Of a DNA stretch of 64,000 nucleotides, positions 1 to 11,720 are shown in pieces. The notes beneath the pieces were generated by a model, which was given only the letters and a program-made list of their open reading frames with translations, was not told the DNA's origin and did not search any database. Every line of letters starts with the position of its first letter. The stretch's first letter is position 1. The position numbers and the translations under genes were made by a program. Origin of the DNA: Vicugna vicugna (lineage: Eukaryota). Location: contig MU060767.1 in NCBI GenBank assembly GCA_013265495.1, positions 6,993,546 to 7,057,545 of the forward strand, in the 5' to 3' direction.

Positions 1-729
1 ATGCCCTCAGATACTTGTGACCATCAAGGAACAGAGTTTTTTGTAGGAAAAACAGAATCCCATCTTCCTTCAGTTCCCTGGTTTCCTTCCATTGTGACCC
101 ACAAATGTTTGCCTTAGCGCTCACCAGATGTCTACTGGTGGCTTCCACTCTGTGCCTACCAGGCTCATTAGAGGGGGGAAGATGCAGTTTTCATGCCAGT
201 AGTGAACAACATTCTGTACAATATTTATAGCCATAAATTAATTAAAATGTAGTATTAGCAGCCATTTTATTACATGCAAAGCAACAATAAAATGATGTAT
301 TTATTGCTCTGCTACAGATGGAAGCCTGCACTCTGTCCTTTCATGAAAAGCAATTTATCATTAATTATCCTTTATTGTACTCTTTGGGAAGATTTTTATT
401 TAATTTGATATACTGAACACTCCAATTGCATGGGTCTTAGAATGTTTTTGCAATAATGCTCATATTATTATTTTAACTACTAAGCATAGCAGGATGCACG
501 ATGAATATAGAAAGTTTATTTTTAAGCCATGAGAATTAAACAAAAAAGGAAGGGAGGGAAGGCGGGAGGGAGCGAGATTATTTTTGCATCTCAACCCCAG
601 GGAAATGAAAGGATGTTAAATAATTTGGGGGCTGTCCTCAGTTTTTAATCTTAAGGCAAAACTTTACAAACGAGGATATAATTTGAAAAGCGGAGGGACT
701 GTTGCTAATGACTGTATTTCACTTTGAAG

Positions 730-849
730 GAACATCAGTCATCCAGGTGACAGCTTCAGATGCAGATGACCCCACCTATGGAAACAGTGCCAAGCTGGTG
801 TACAGTATCCTGGAAGGACAGCCCTACTTTTCAGTAGAAGCGCAGACAG
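730..849 (+). CDS. CDH11: Cadherin-11 coding exon 5 (human numbering), EC2: (G)[39 protein letters not shown](G)
   Basis: Acceptor ...ctttgaag|GAACATCA, donor ACAG|gtactg. 120 nt, phase 1 to 1. Translation matches the cadherin-11 EC2 sequence as I recall it, including the DADD Ca-binding motif. Not in the ORF track. Confidence 0.96.
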
Positions 850-2721
850 GTACTGTGGAATGTCATTGTGATTTATGACACACTGAATAAGGAGTCCGGG
901 CCTGCTCACTAAAACCTGTGAGTCTCAGTTTTCTCAAATATAAAAGGGCCACCTGACAAGATCATTGTGAGGATTAGACGCTGTGTGTGTGCCTGGCCTG
1001 GAGTCGGCATCCAGCAAACCATACTGATGATTGCTTCTGTCTGTACTGCACTGTCGCAGTAATGAATGTCATCTTAGAATTCAACTTTTAAGAATTTATG
1101 TTAAAATACTTATGTTTTATCTTAAAATTCAACTTTGGATCCAAATTAAGAGACCAAAGGACTTGAGGGCTGGTATGAAAACTGGCAGCTCTCAAAGCTT
1201 GCTCTAAAGACCGCAGTGCAGGGTTGGGGGGTGTGGGGGTGGGAACTGATGCTCAGGCACGTCCAGGATTCAGCACATCCCCGTCCCCTCCACCGTGCTG
1301 AGAGATTCTCAGAAGGCATTAGTGTCCAGAAAGGAGGTTCTGCAAATTCCTTACTGAAAACAAATAGCAAACTGAAAGAATGAACGAATAGAACCACCAA
1401 AACCCGCACCAAAATGTTCCACTCCATTTATATCGAATTTGATTCTAGGATCCTTTTATGAATCAACACTAAAATCCTGTGAAACTGCTGGTCTGCGATA
1501 TTATGCCCGAAAGTCCTTTTTTCCACAACATGCCCCATGTTTTTGAAAGAGGTTTACAAATCATCCACATTTGTTGGTAGAGTTAAAATTTATCAAATAT
1601 GCACGTATATTTTATATGTTTACACATGGTCTGCCAATCACATATTTGGCCCACTTACTGAATATGATTTCAACCTAACTGTGTAATCATTTATTTGTAG
1701 CCACTTTTCTTCGTATCACAATTTCTGGGGCTGTTTGCTAAGATTTCATCAAAGGCATTTACCAATGAATTTTGCCAGTTAATTTTCATATTAAGCAAGG
1801 ATAAATGTAGGATTTCATGTAGATTTTTGAGATGTTAAAACAGCTGGAGGGACTCCAGTTGCAACCTTTGTTGTCTCAGGGATTCACAAATAGGAACCAC
1901 CAATTTGAACCTAACAAATTATTTTATAGAGAAGAAAAAAGAGGCTCAGTGAGTTCAAGGATGTTGCTGAGAAACATAACCATTGGAGTCAGAGAAGGTT
2001 AAGAGCTTAAAGCTTCCATGATGTTCTCTTATATTTCTAGTATAAATGTTATCAGGTCTACAAACAGAAAAAGCTTGCACGTGTTCCCAAAAGATTTAAG
2101 TGAGCATGGTTTCCATACCTATAGTGTGCTAATATCCAGAGATCATGTAGAATTCAGTTCTCCATGTATTATTGTTGTCAGTGAAAGGTGATAGTGGACA
2201 GTAAGTGTTTGTATAGCACTGTGTATGTTTTTAACCTATTTGGTTAAAAAAAAATTAATGCTAACATTTTAATGTATCGCCTTCTACTTTTAACTTAAAA
2301 TGGACCACAAAAATGTTTCTAAGAATTGCATGCAGGCATAGATTGTCAAATGATTCTGCTGGCTGTCCAAAAGCATGGGTTTATGATACGGATGTTCATG
2401 CACTGGATTCTCAAATATATGAGTGAGTCTTTAGGCCTTTCCGTGTTAGACCTGAGAATGATGAGGTTATTACTTGCATTTACAATGCAACATATAAAAC
2501 ATAAAATTTTAATGCTGCATTACTAATTGTGACAAATTGCTAGAAAATACATCTATACGATGCTCCGGGCATGGCTGCTTTTGAGGATAATTATGCTGTT
2601 GGTGTGGCTCTTCTGTGAGGGCAGGTGCTGTTTTATTAATCTTCACTTTCCTTGTGCCTAGATGTTTTCTGTTTTAACGCTGTCAATGAATATCTGTGAT
2701 GTTCCCTGCTTACCTGTCCAG

Positions 2722-2889
2722 GTATCATCAGAACAGCCCTTCCTAANNNNNNNNNNNNNNNNNNNNNNNNNNNNNNNNNNNNNNNNNNNNNNNNNNNNNN
2801 NNNNNNNNNNNNNNNNNNNNNNNNNNNNNNNNNNNNNNNNNNNNNNNNNNNNNNNNNNNNNNNNNNNNNNNNNNNNNNNNNNNNNNNNN
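2722..2889 (+). CDS. CDH11: Cadherin-11 coding exon 6, only the first 25 nt sequenced: (G)IIRTALP(N)..., remainder in the N gap
   Basis: Acceptor cttacctgtccag|GTATCATCAGAACAGCCCTTCCTAA, then Ns from 2747. The end is inferred from the 168-nt length implied by the human peptide between exons 5 and 7; it falls inside the gap 2747-2910. Confidence 0.88.
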
Positions 2890-2910
2890 NNNNNNNNNNN
2901 NNNNNNNNNN
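2747..2910. other. Assembly gap (164 N) covering most of CDH11 exon 6
   Basis: Run of N. Confidence 0.99.
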
Positions 2911-3929
2911 TCACTTCCCAGTGATGCCACACGGCCAGCTTTCCTCTCTGACCCATCCCTGCTTTCCTTGGCTTTCAAGAAGAAAGCTAGAAAAATGGAG
3001 GCTCTTTATATAATTCTCTTAAAAAACAAGACAACAGCAACAACAACAAAAAAACCTAAGTAGAAGAGAGGTAGTGGGAGAAAGCAGAGGCATAAAATGG
3101 TCCACAGCCCTGGACACAGCAAACCCGTTTGGCTAGATACTCGTGATGCGATGCAGTGATGGATCAACCTGCCTCTGTCTCAGTGTTCTCCTTTCTAACC
3201 TGGACAGGTAATAGTGCCTGAATCCTTTCTCTATTGCTACCTAACAAACCGCCCCGGACCTTTGTGGTATAAAACAATAATAATCATTTATTTTCTCATG
3301 AGTCTGCAATTTGGGCAAAACTTGAAGGGGACAGCTTGACTGGGGCTGGAGGATCCACTTCCAAGACTGCTACTCACATGGCTGGTGAGTTGGTGTTGGC
3401 TTTTGGTTCCCCTCCAGCCCGGCCTCTCTAAGGAATGGCTTTGGTTCTGAAAGTGAGGGAGAGCCCCAGGAACACTAAGCAGAAACTGCATTGCCTGTTG
3501 TGACCCAGCTTCAGAAGTCAGATAGCGTCATTTCCACTGCAGTCATGAGGCTGCCCAAATTCAAGTGGAGTTCTTGTAGACCCCACCTTTCAAGGGAAGG
3601 ACTGCTAAAGCCGTGTTGAAAGAAAAGCATGTGGGCTGGGAGATATTGGCTGGGCCATTTTTTGGAAAATGCAGTCTTCCACAGGGCCCAATAGGATGTT
3701 GTTAGAACTAAAAGAGTTGGTCTAAAATCTTACAGTGATATCTGGCATAAGTTGTCCACAAATGCTAATTATTGTTATTATCTAGGGGATTCTGTTCCTT
3801 CTACGGAATTGATGGGACTGCAGTAGGAAATAAAAGAAAAATGATTTTGAAAGGTTGCTATTAATCATAATTACAGCAACTATCTTTTTTTAATGAATAG
3901 TTACTACTATTGCCAGTCTCTACAAGAGC

Positions 3930-4025
3930 CTCCGTTTTTACAGATAAAACTGGGTTCCGTGAAAGGTGCACCAAGTTGCCCAAAGGATGTGGCAAAGCTA
4001 GATTCTGAACGCAAATCTGGTCTTG
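3930..4025 (-). mobile_element. MIR fragment
   Basis: ccgtttttacagataaaactggg...aagttgcccaaagg...gattctgaacgcaaatctgg. Confidence 0.55.
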
Positions 4026-5149
4026 TGTGTAGAGGTGTAGACAGAGGTACAGTGTGACCATAGTGACGCTGGATCACGGGGACATCACTGTAACAGCGTC
4101 TTCTTCATTAGATGCGGAGAAGAGCTGCAGAGCCAGCGAGTTTACTGCCAGAGAGGTGGCACTTCTTACAAATGAAGGAACAGGGAAAGCAAAAAACCAA
4201 CCCCAGGAAGGCACCATGGTCACTCAAAGGAATCCAGAGACAGTAATCTACTCAAGGGAGACACTGAGGTAGAGGATTACAGGGCAATAGCCAGTTCTCA
4301 TAAAGTCCCAGAACTGCTTTGCCTGGTCAGGCGCAAAGGTCTGCATCCCCAGTGAGCTTAAGCGTCGTCCTAGAGCGCTCTCCAAATCCTCATGCCTCAT
4401 TATCCACACTCTGCAATCATCTGCGTGGAAAAGCCCACGCATGACTCTTAGCAGGCAGCCATCAGTGCCCTTACTCACATATGACCATGAAGTTAAATCA
4501 CTATTGTGCGGAGACCAGTGTCACAGTCATGAACTTGAATGAGGTTTGGAGAAAGTAGCTCAGAGCAGGTTTTTCTAAACCCTCATGTAAATTGGTAATT
4601 ATCTGCAGACTCCCACCTCCCACGTGTCCCTTATCTTAGAGGGCTTGGTATGATTAAGTTGAATGTGGATCCAAACTGAAATATTCACAGCCAAATCATA
4701 TAGATCAATGTAGACAGTGTAACAGAACTGATAAAATCCACGCAAGGGGAAACTAAAACTTAAAGAGGTGAAGTACCTTCCCCAAGACCCCTGGGCTTGG
4801 AAGTGTCCGGGGCCAGGTTTCCAACCCTAGCTTCTCGTTGTTTCATAGAGAATATTTTAAAATTGCGATAATGCAAAATCAGAGCATCTCAAATTTCACT
4901 TCCCTACTGAAAACCTTCCCACCAAATTTAAAGAAAACCTGAAGTCTTTTCTATCTCCTCCGATGCCTTTTGTGCACAGTTGGGCACTGACCTCCCACTG
5001 TGCCCTTACCTTTACCACAAGGTGCTGGTCACACCTGGCGTCTTGCAGTTCTGTATGTAGTCAGGATGCTCTCGCTTTAGGGTTTTGGCCATCTGCTGGC
5101 CACTTTGTCTCGAATTTTCATCCCCAGATAGTCACAGGGTTTGTCTTGC

Positions 5150-5530
5150 TCCGTCCCTTCAGGGGAGTTCAGATGCCTCCTTCTGAGGGGTGTCTCTCTG
5201 ACCAGCTTATTCAAAATCAACCTCTCACTCTCCCTCTCCTTCTCACCTACACGTATTTAATGCAAGTGTTCACATTCACATACCCTCACATGAGCAAACA
5301 CTCACACAATCACACTTATACACACAGTCACATATTCACTCTTTCATCACTCACTGGCCCTCACCGTACTTTATTTTATTCCTTCTTAGCAATGATATTC
5401 AAGTATGTATACATGTGGGTTTTTTTTTTCCTCTTTAGAATGAGGGAAGAATCTTGACTGCTTCATTTACTACTGAGTTTCCAAAGGCCAGGGCAATGCC
5501 TGGCACATATTAGGTTCCCAATAAGCATTA
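5150..5530 (+). mobile_element. L2 3'-end fragment
   Basis: cttctgagggg...ctgaccagcttattcaaaat...caatgcctggcacatattaggttcccaataagcatt. Confidence 0.55.
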
Positions 5531-6135
5531 AATAACTCTATATGGAGAGGCCACACTATGAGAAATCTTTCATATAAGGCAGCGGTTGATTGAATGGTGA
5601 AGGAGGTGAAGTAAGATTAGAGTCATAGAGCTGGAATGGTCATCACCTTGAAGAATAAAATTTGCATTCGATTTTAGCATCAATATGGAGTTCTGGAAGG
5701 CTTTTAAGCAGAGGAGGGGTTCTTTTTTCTGGGCACCTGGCAGTGCCATATGGGAGCCTTAGAATTAACTTATGGACCATCCCCAAGATGTGAAAAGAAG
5801 TTTTGGTTTTTGGATGTATAAAGACATACATGGCCCTCCATCAGTTCCTGATGGGAAATGTAACTGCATTGTTTTCCTTTCTCACGTGTGGCAGGTGACC
5901 CCACCCTGCCACTCTAGACCACGATACTGTTTCATCGTCCTTTGTAGAAAACATCTGTTTGACAAGAGCTAGCCATGTGGGATCTTCTTCCCATCCACTC
6001 ACTTCTTTCATGTTTTCCGTCAATAGAAAGTTCAATGTCAAACCCTTTGAGAAATTTATTGGGATTCAATGAAATCCAAAGTCCTACAGCTGCCAAATAA
6101 AAAGGAAAATAAATATAGATGTCTTCTTCTCCTAG

Positions 6136-6323
6136 GCGTGTACCAGATGTCTGTGTCGGAAGCAGCTGTCCCCGGGGAGGAAGTAGGAAGAGTGAAGGCT
6201 AAAGACCCAGACATTGGAGAAAATGGCTTAGTCACGTACAATATTGTTGATGGAGATGGGATGGAATTGTTTGAAATCACAACGGACTATGAAACACAGG
6301 AGGGCGTGGTGAAACTGAAAAAG
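6136..6323 (+). CDS. CDH11: Cadherin-11 coding exon 7, EC3 start: (S)VYQMSVSEAAVPGEEVGRVKAKDPDIGENGLVTYNIVDGDGMELFEITTDYETQEGVVKLKK
   Basis: Acceptor cttcttctcctag|GCGTG, donor AAAAAG|gtgagt. 188 nt, phase 1 to 0. Lies within ORF 6069..6332. Confidence 0.97.
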
Positions 6324-6554
6324 GTGAGTTAGGGTGAGGAATCTGATATGTCAGTGGTGTGACTTGCTTTCCCCAAGGCAACCCTGCAGGAGACAGGGAG
6401 TTGAAGGCTAAGAGATGAGACTGTGGGCAATTGTAGGGTTGCCTTGACTTTGCAGTTGAGCTCTGAGCATTGGGGAGATAACAGAACTGTGTTCCAGAGG
6501 GAGCTGGCAGAAGGGGCTGATGATGCCTGCCTGCAATTGCTAGTTTTTATATGA

Positions 6555-7030
6555 CTGGGGGATACAGTCAATAGCAATGTATTATCATTGTACGGTCACA
6601 GATGACAACTAGACTTATAATGGTAACCCGTTTTGAAATGTATAGAAATATCAAGTCACTATGTTGTACACCGGGAACTAACAGTATCCTAGGTCAATTA
6701 TTCTTCAAAAACAAACTCACTCATGGAGAAAGAAGATTTGTGGTCACCGGAAATGGGAGATGGGGGAAAGGGGAAGTTGAGGAAGGCAGTCAAAGAGACA
6801 AACTTCCAGTTACAAGTAAGTACCAGTGGTGTAATATACACCAGGATGAATATAAATAACACTGCAGTATGTTATATATGAAAGTTAAGAGAGTAAATCA
6901 GAGTTCTCATCACAAGAAAAAAAATTTTTTTCTTTGTATCTATATGAGATGATAGATGTTCACTAAACTTACTGTGGTAATCACTTCATGATGTATGTAA
7001 GTCATATCACTGTTCTGTATACCTGACACA
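6555..7030 (+). mobile_element. L1MC-like (about L1MC1) 3' UTR fragment
   Basis: gggatacagtcaatagcaatgtatt...gtcactatgttgtacacc...aaacttccagttacaag...gagttctcatcacaagaaaaaaa...aaacttactgtggtaatcacttcatgatgtatg. Confidence 0.7.
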
Positions 7031-9062
7031 CAGTGCTGGCGATACCTGCCTAAGATTGTAGTTAGTTATTGTACGACTTGGCATGGTTTCCCCCATGGAA
7101 AGAAAGACAGAAAAATCTAGATTTTGGAGAAGCAGCCCCAAGCATGCATGAAGTTCCCCATTTAGCTCTGCTAAGCTGAGTCTGTTAATACAGGCTCTTC
7201 AGAACTTTTCCTATCTCAAATGTCCAAGGTCCGTTACATCTCTGGGCCTTCTGTGAAACCTGAACCAATCCTCTGTGTGATTGTCTCTCAGAATTTAGCC
7301 TGAGAAACAATAATAATGGACCTTCCCTCATAGTTGGCTAAATTGTTGCTAAAAATGTGTCCCGGGGATTAATTCACTACAAGGAGGAGTTTGTTTGTTC
7401 TTGTTTTGCTTTAAAAAAAAAATATCTAACATTTGCTGAATGTTAAATATTGGCCAAAGCCTGAACCTCTTACAAACATTCATTTATTTTACATGATAAA
7501 AATCATATAAAGTAGATAGTGTTATCCCAATGGGCAATGATACCTCCATTTAATTTTAAGAAGATTGGGGCTCAGACAGATTAAATAACTTGCCCTGTTG
7601 TAATCACACAGCTAGGAATCTTAAGACGTGAATTTCAAACCTAGGGTATTTTGGAACACCTTCCCACTCAAGATGTTTTGGAAATAGCTGGACCAGAAAG
7701 GGTTTATAAAAGAAAGCCAGATATGATTTACTTTGAAGTAAAGACACAGTTACAGTATATTCTAAAACGGTCCTCCCCCCGACTTAGCACTTGAGAAATC
7801 AGCACCCCTCAACCATCATAGTGTACGGAGTATTAAATCTGAATTGGATGATAGGATTACCTTGGTTTTAATCAAGCATTCATCTCAACTTGATTTTGTA
7901 GCATGAATATTAAGCTCCTTGGTGTGATGGAAAAGATTGGACTGGAACACTGATAAAAAATTAATTTGAAGAATCAATAAAGAAGCCAGTAGCTGGAGTG
8001 GAGGCAAGGGTGGGGCGGGGGGAGAGTCCTGGGAGGAGTCTTTCAGTAAGGAGGGCAGGCAGAGACATGTTCTGGGAAGCTGACTTTTCACAACATACGG
8101 AAGCATTGTTGGTTTTGGGAGGAGTATTAAGGCACCCAGAACAAAGAGAAAGTAGGGGGTGACTCTGCCATAAAAGAAGAGGACAAGAAGTTGAGGTGGA
8201 TACTTGGAAAAGTCAACATTAGCAATGATGGATCCTGTAGCCACAGAAGCTTACCCGTCAGCCACAGAGGCTGGGGAGATTCCTTCCCTCTGGTTTCTCC
8301 TCTGGAAAAGTGGCTGTGCGAATTGTGTGTAGCAGAGAGCTGTCTACCTGCTTTGTTAATTAATATTGCAATCCCTCCTGCCTGACACTGACATACGAGC
8401 AGTGACTTCAGCGATTCCTGCCTCCCATCCTTTGTGGTTCAAGTGATTGGGTGGTTGGTTATGCTAAGGTTGTCACCTGTTTTCAGTGTATGCAGGGCAT
8501 AAACACACACTGTGTCTCTAAAATCCTGAAACATTTAAATCACCCCATGGAACTAACACATCGCAAATGAGCTCTCTGCATATGATTAATTTGCACATTT
8601 CCCCCCAATTCAGGGTATTTATTTCAGGCAAAGAAATAATCCTCTATAAAGCACTGATGTTCTGGTTTAAAACAGAGTCGGATGTTCTTTCATTTGTAAA
8701 AGAACATTTGCTTAAGCTTGTAGCACAAAGTTCCCACTGTCCAGCTGGGAAAAAAAAATTGAGGGGTGAATTTAGTAAAATAATGGATCCTTATAGAAAT
8801 CATTATCTATAAATCAATAATATAAAAAGTTATGGAGAGAGCATGGAAATATTTTTTGACTTTAAAAAGTATTCTTTAATGTACTTTTTTCACTTGTTTC
8901 TTAATTCATTCACCCTTTTTTCTACAAAGAATTATTGAGTTCTTATTATTTGTCAGGCAGGCCGTTTGTGAGAGGCTGGACATCTAAAGTTGAAGGGACA
9001 GAGTCCTGGTCACAAGGGGATCACAATTAACAGGACAGTTAAGTGAAAAGACAATTAAAATA

Positions 9063-10011
9063 GAGTGGGTTTTTCCAGCTGTGACACTATTAACATTTCA
9101 GGACAGAGAATTCTTTCCTGTAGGCGGCTGTTCTGTGCACGACAAGGTGTGTAGGAATATTGCCGGCCTCTCCTCACTAGATGTCAGTAAGCATGCACCC
9201 AACCCCCACCAGCTGTGACAAAAAAATCTCTAGGAGTAGGATTGCTGGGTTATACAGTAAGTCTATTTTCAGGTTTTTGAGGAATCTCCCTACTGTTTTC
9301 CATAATGGCTGCACCAATATCCAGGAAGAACTCTTAATTCAAAACAATACATGCATCCAGTGTTCACTGCAGCTCTATATACAACAGCCAAGACATGGAA
9401 GCAACCTAAATGTCCATCGACATAAGACTAGATAAAGGAGTTGTGGTATATTTATACAATGGAATACTACTCAGTGATAAAAAAAAGAATAAAATAATGC
9501 CATTTGCAGCAACATGGATGGACCTATAGATCCTCATTCTAAGTGAAATGAGAAAGAAAAATACCTTGTGATATCACTCATATGTGGAATCTTAAAAAAA
9601 AAAAAAAGAGCGCGAGAGACCACTACTGAACTCACCTACAAAACAGAAACAGACTCACACACATAGTAAACAATCTTACGGTTATCCAGGGAAAGGGGGT
9701 TGGAAAGGATAAATTTGGGAGTCTGAGATTTGTGTATGTTAACCACTATATATAAAAATAGATTAAAAAACAAATTTCTTCTGTATAGCACAGGGAACTA
9801 TATTCAGTATCTTATAATAACCTTTAATAAAAAATATGAAAATGAACATATGTATATATATATATGCATGACTGGGACATTGTGCTGTACACCAGAAATG
9901 GACACATTGTAGCTGACTGTACTTCAATTAAAAAAAAAAAAAGCTCTAGACGTTGCCTAATATCCCTGGGGTGAGGCAGAGCAAAATCACTGCCCCACTG
10001 AGAAGCAACTG
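9063..10011 (-). mobile_element. MER20 (hAT-Charlie) non-autonomous DNA transposon split by an L1 insertion; pieces about 9063-9233 and 9936-10011
   Basis: Left piece cactattaacatt...gctgttctgtgca...cactagatgtcagtaagca...gctgtgacaaaaaaaatctctag and right piece ...ctctagacgttgcctaatatccctgggg...gcaaaatc...actgagaagcaactg join into one collinear MER20 minus-strand copy. Confidence 0.8.
9234..9942 (+). mobile_element. 5'-truncated, 5'-inverted cetartiodactyl-type L1 (ORF2 end, 3' UTR, poly-A) with about 14-bp TSD
   Basis: 9234-9318 is L1 antisense, 9319-9942 is L1 sense ending acttcaattaaaaaaaaaaaaa. TSD aaaaaaatctctag (9220-9233) / aaaaaaagctctag (9936-9949), one mismatch. Confidence 0.88.
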
Positions 10012-10759
10012 TAATAAAGCGTGATAAAATGTAGGAAAGTGGGTCATGAATGACTGCTTACAGGGGGCAGTTCCAGAGCTGAGTCTTCATAGATGAGTAG
10101 GAATTTATACAGATGGACAGAGAATATAAAGAAATAATCAGACATTAAAGTGGAGAGAGAAGGAGAGGAGGACCAGAGAAAAAGAGCTCATGAAGGACTG
10201 GTCTTGATGGAAACAGGACACATTTAAGGAACTTGAATAAGTTCAGTCTTGAGGGTTTTGAGATGGATACAGTGGGACCAGTTGAAAAACTCTTGTCGGA
10301 ATTCAAGGGAGAAATTACAAAGACCTGAAGAACGCAGAAGAGGTAAAGGTGAAGAATTCAAGAGTAACTTAAGAGGTAGGGTCATTCCTTTATTGACTAG
10401 CTGAGGAAGAAATGAATATTTCTTGAGTACTGACTCCATGTCAGACACAGCCAGTATCAGGGTTATAACAGTGCCTAAGAGAAAGAGAAGCTGCCTTCAG
10501 GATATTGAGATGATCTCTGTGTGGTTAACTGAAGAAGAACCAGTGCAGAATAAAGATGAGACTTGTAGGTGACTTGTGGAGGAAAATCCAATCTGTTCCC
10601 TGCAACACCCTTGACCAAGTGGGTCTCCCCATCATCACTGAGAATTCCCCACACAGTTTCTGAGCTGTTTACTTTCAACCATAATAAACTTTGTGTAAAG
10701 CAATGTGAGAGCAGCATTAGAAGGCATTTTAAATATTCTCTATTTGAATAAAACCACTT

Positions 10760-11200
10760 TTATGTCTGGTTATTTCTTTATACCCTCTGTCCACATGTAT
10801 ATAGATGTGCATATAAAACATTTAACACAGTTGCAGTCATAGGGTGATCTGATTTGTTAACTTAATGACATGTCATAAACATTTTACATGCTGTTATGTA
10901 ATATATATAATCATTTTTAATGACTACATAACATCCCATCCTATTGATGGACCATTATTTCCTTAATAAAATCTCATAGTTGGATTTGGTGTTTTGTGAG
11001 TATGTTTCCCACAATTAGATATTACCTCTCTATGATATCTAACCGACATCATGCATTTTTGAATATTGTTTGTTTTGATTTTCTGTTGAATTAATCCTTC
11101 AGGGAGGATTTTTAGAGGTGGGATTAGTAAACTCGAGGGTATTAAGATTTTTATGCCTTACGTAGTAATGTTGCCTCATTTAATTTTATTTCAACTACTC
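10760..11200 (-). mobile_element. Old L1ME-type 3' fragment
   Basis: Degenerate catttttaatgactacataacatcccatcc...ggatttttagaggtgggattag pattern. Confidence 0.55.
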
Positions 11201-11720
11201 ATAATGTGGATATAAGTGTTCGCTTGGGAAACTACCTTAGATCTCTTTTGAAAGGAGGCAGGGAATAAATTTTAGGTAAATGCTTAAATGTTGTCCATCT
11301 GCCTCCCATTCAGTCATAATGATAGTACGTGTGATCACTTGGTATACTCATTCCTAGGCACGGGGGAGGCCAAGATCAACAAGACTCAGTAGAGTCCTGT
11401 GGGATGTCCCTCACCAGCAGGAATTCAGGATGAGAGGTTGCAGAGGAGCTGCTAAGGGACCACACAAATCTGCCAGGGGGGAGATGGGGAGGACTTCACA
11501 AGGCAATGAGTCTTGGGCTGGCCACCAGAAGACAGTGAAATCTCACCAGTCTAGTAAAGGACATTCTGGACAAACATTTGCAAAGATTTGGGGACCTTCA
11601 CTTGAGATTTGGAAAGGAGACCTCAGACTGTAGCCTTACCATCAACAGGGCTTTCCAGCGGAAACAATGTTCTGGGTCCTTAGGCAAATACCTAAACCAA
11701 GTTCAAAATGTTCTATTCCT

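Noticed and set aside
4145-4165. CTCF-like core AGGTGGCACT; also agaggcgcta at about 27580-27592
   Set aside because: Only the right half of the motif fits and the spacing to the left half is wrong.
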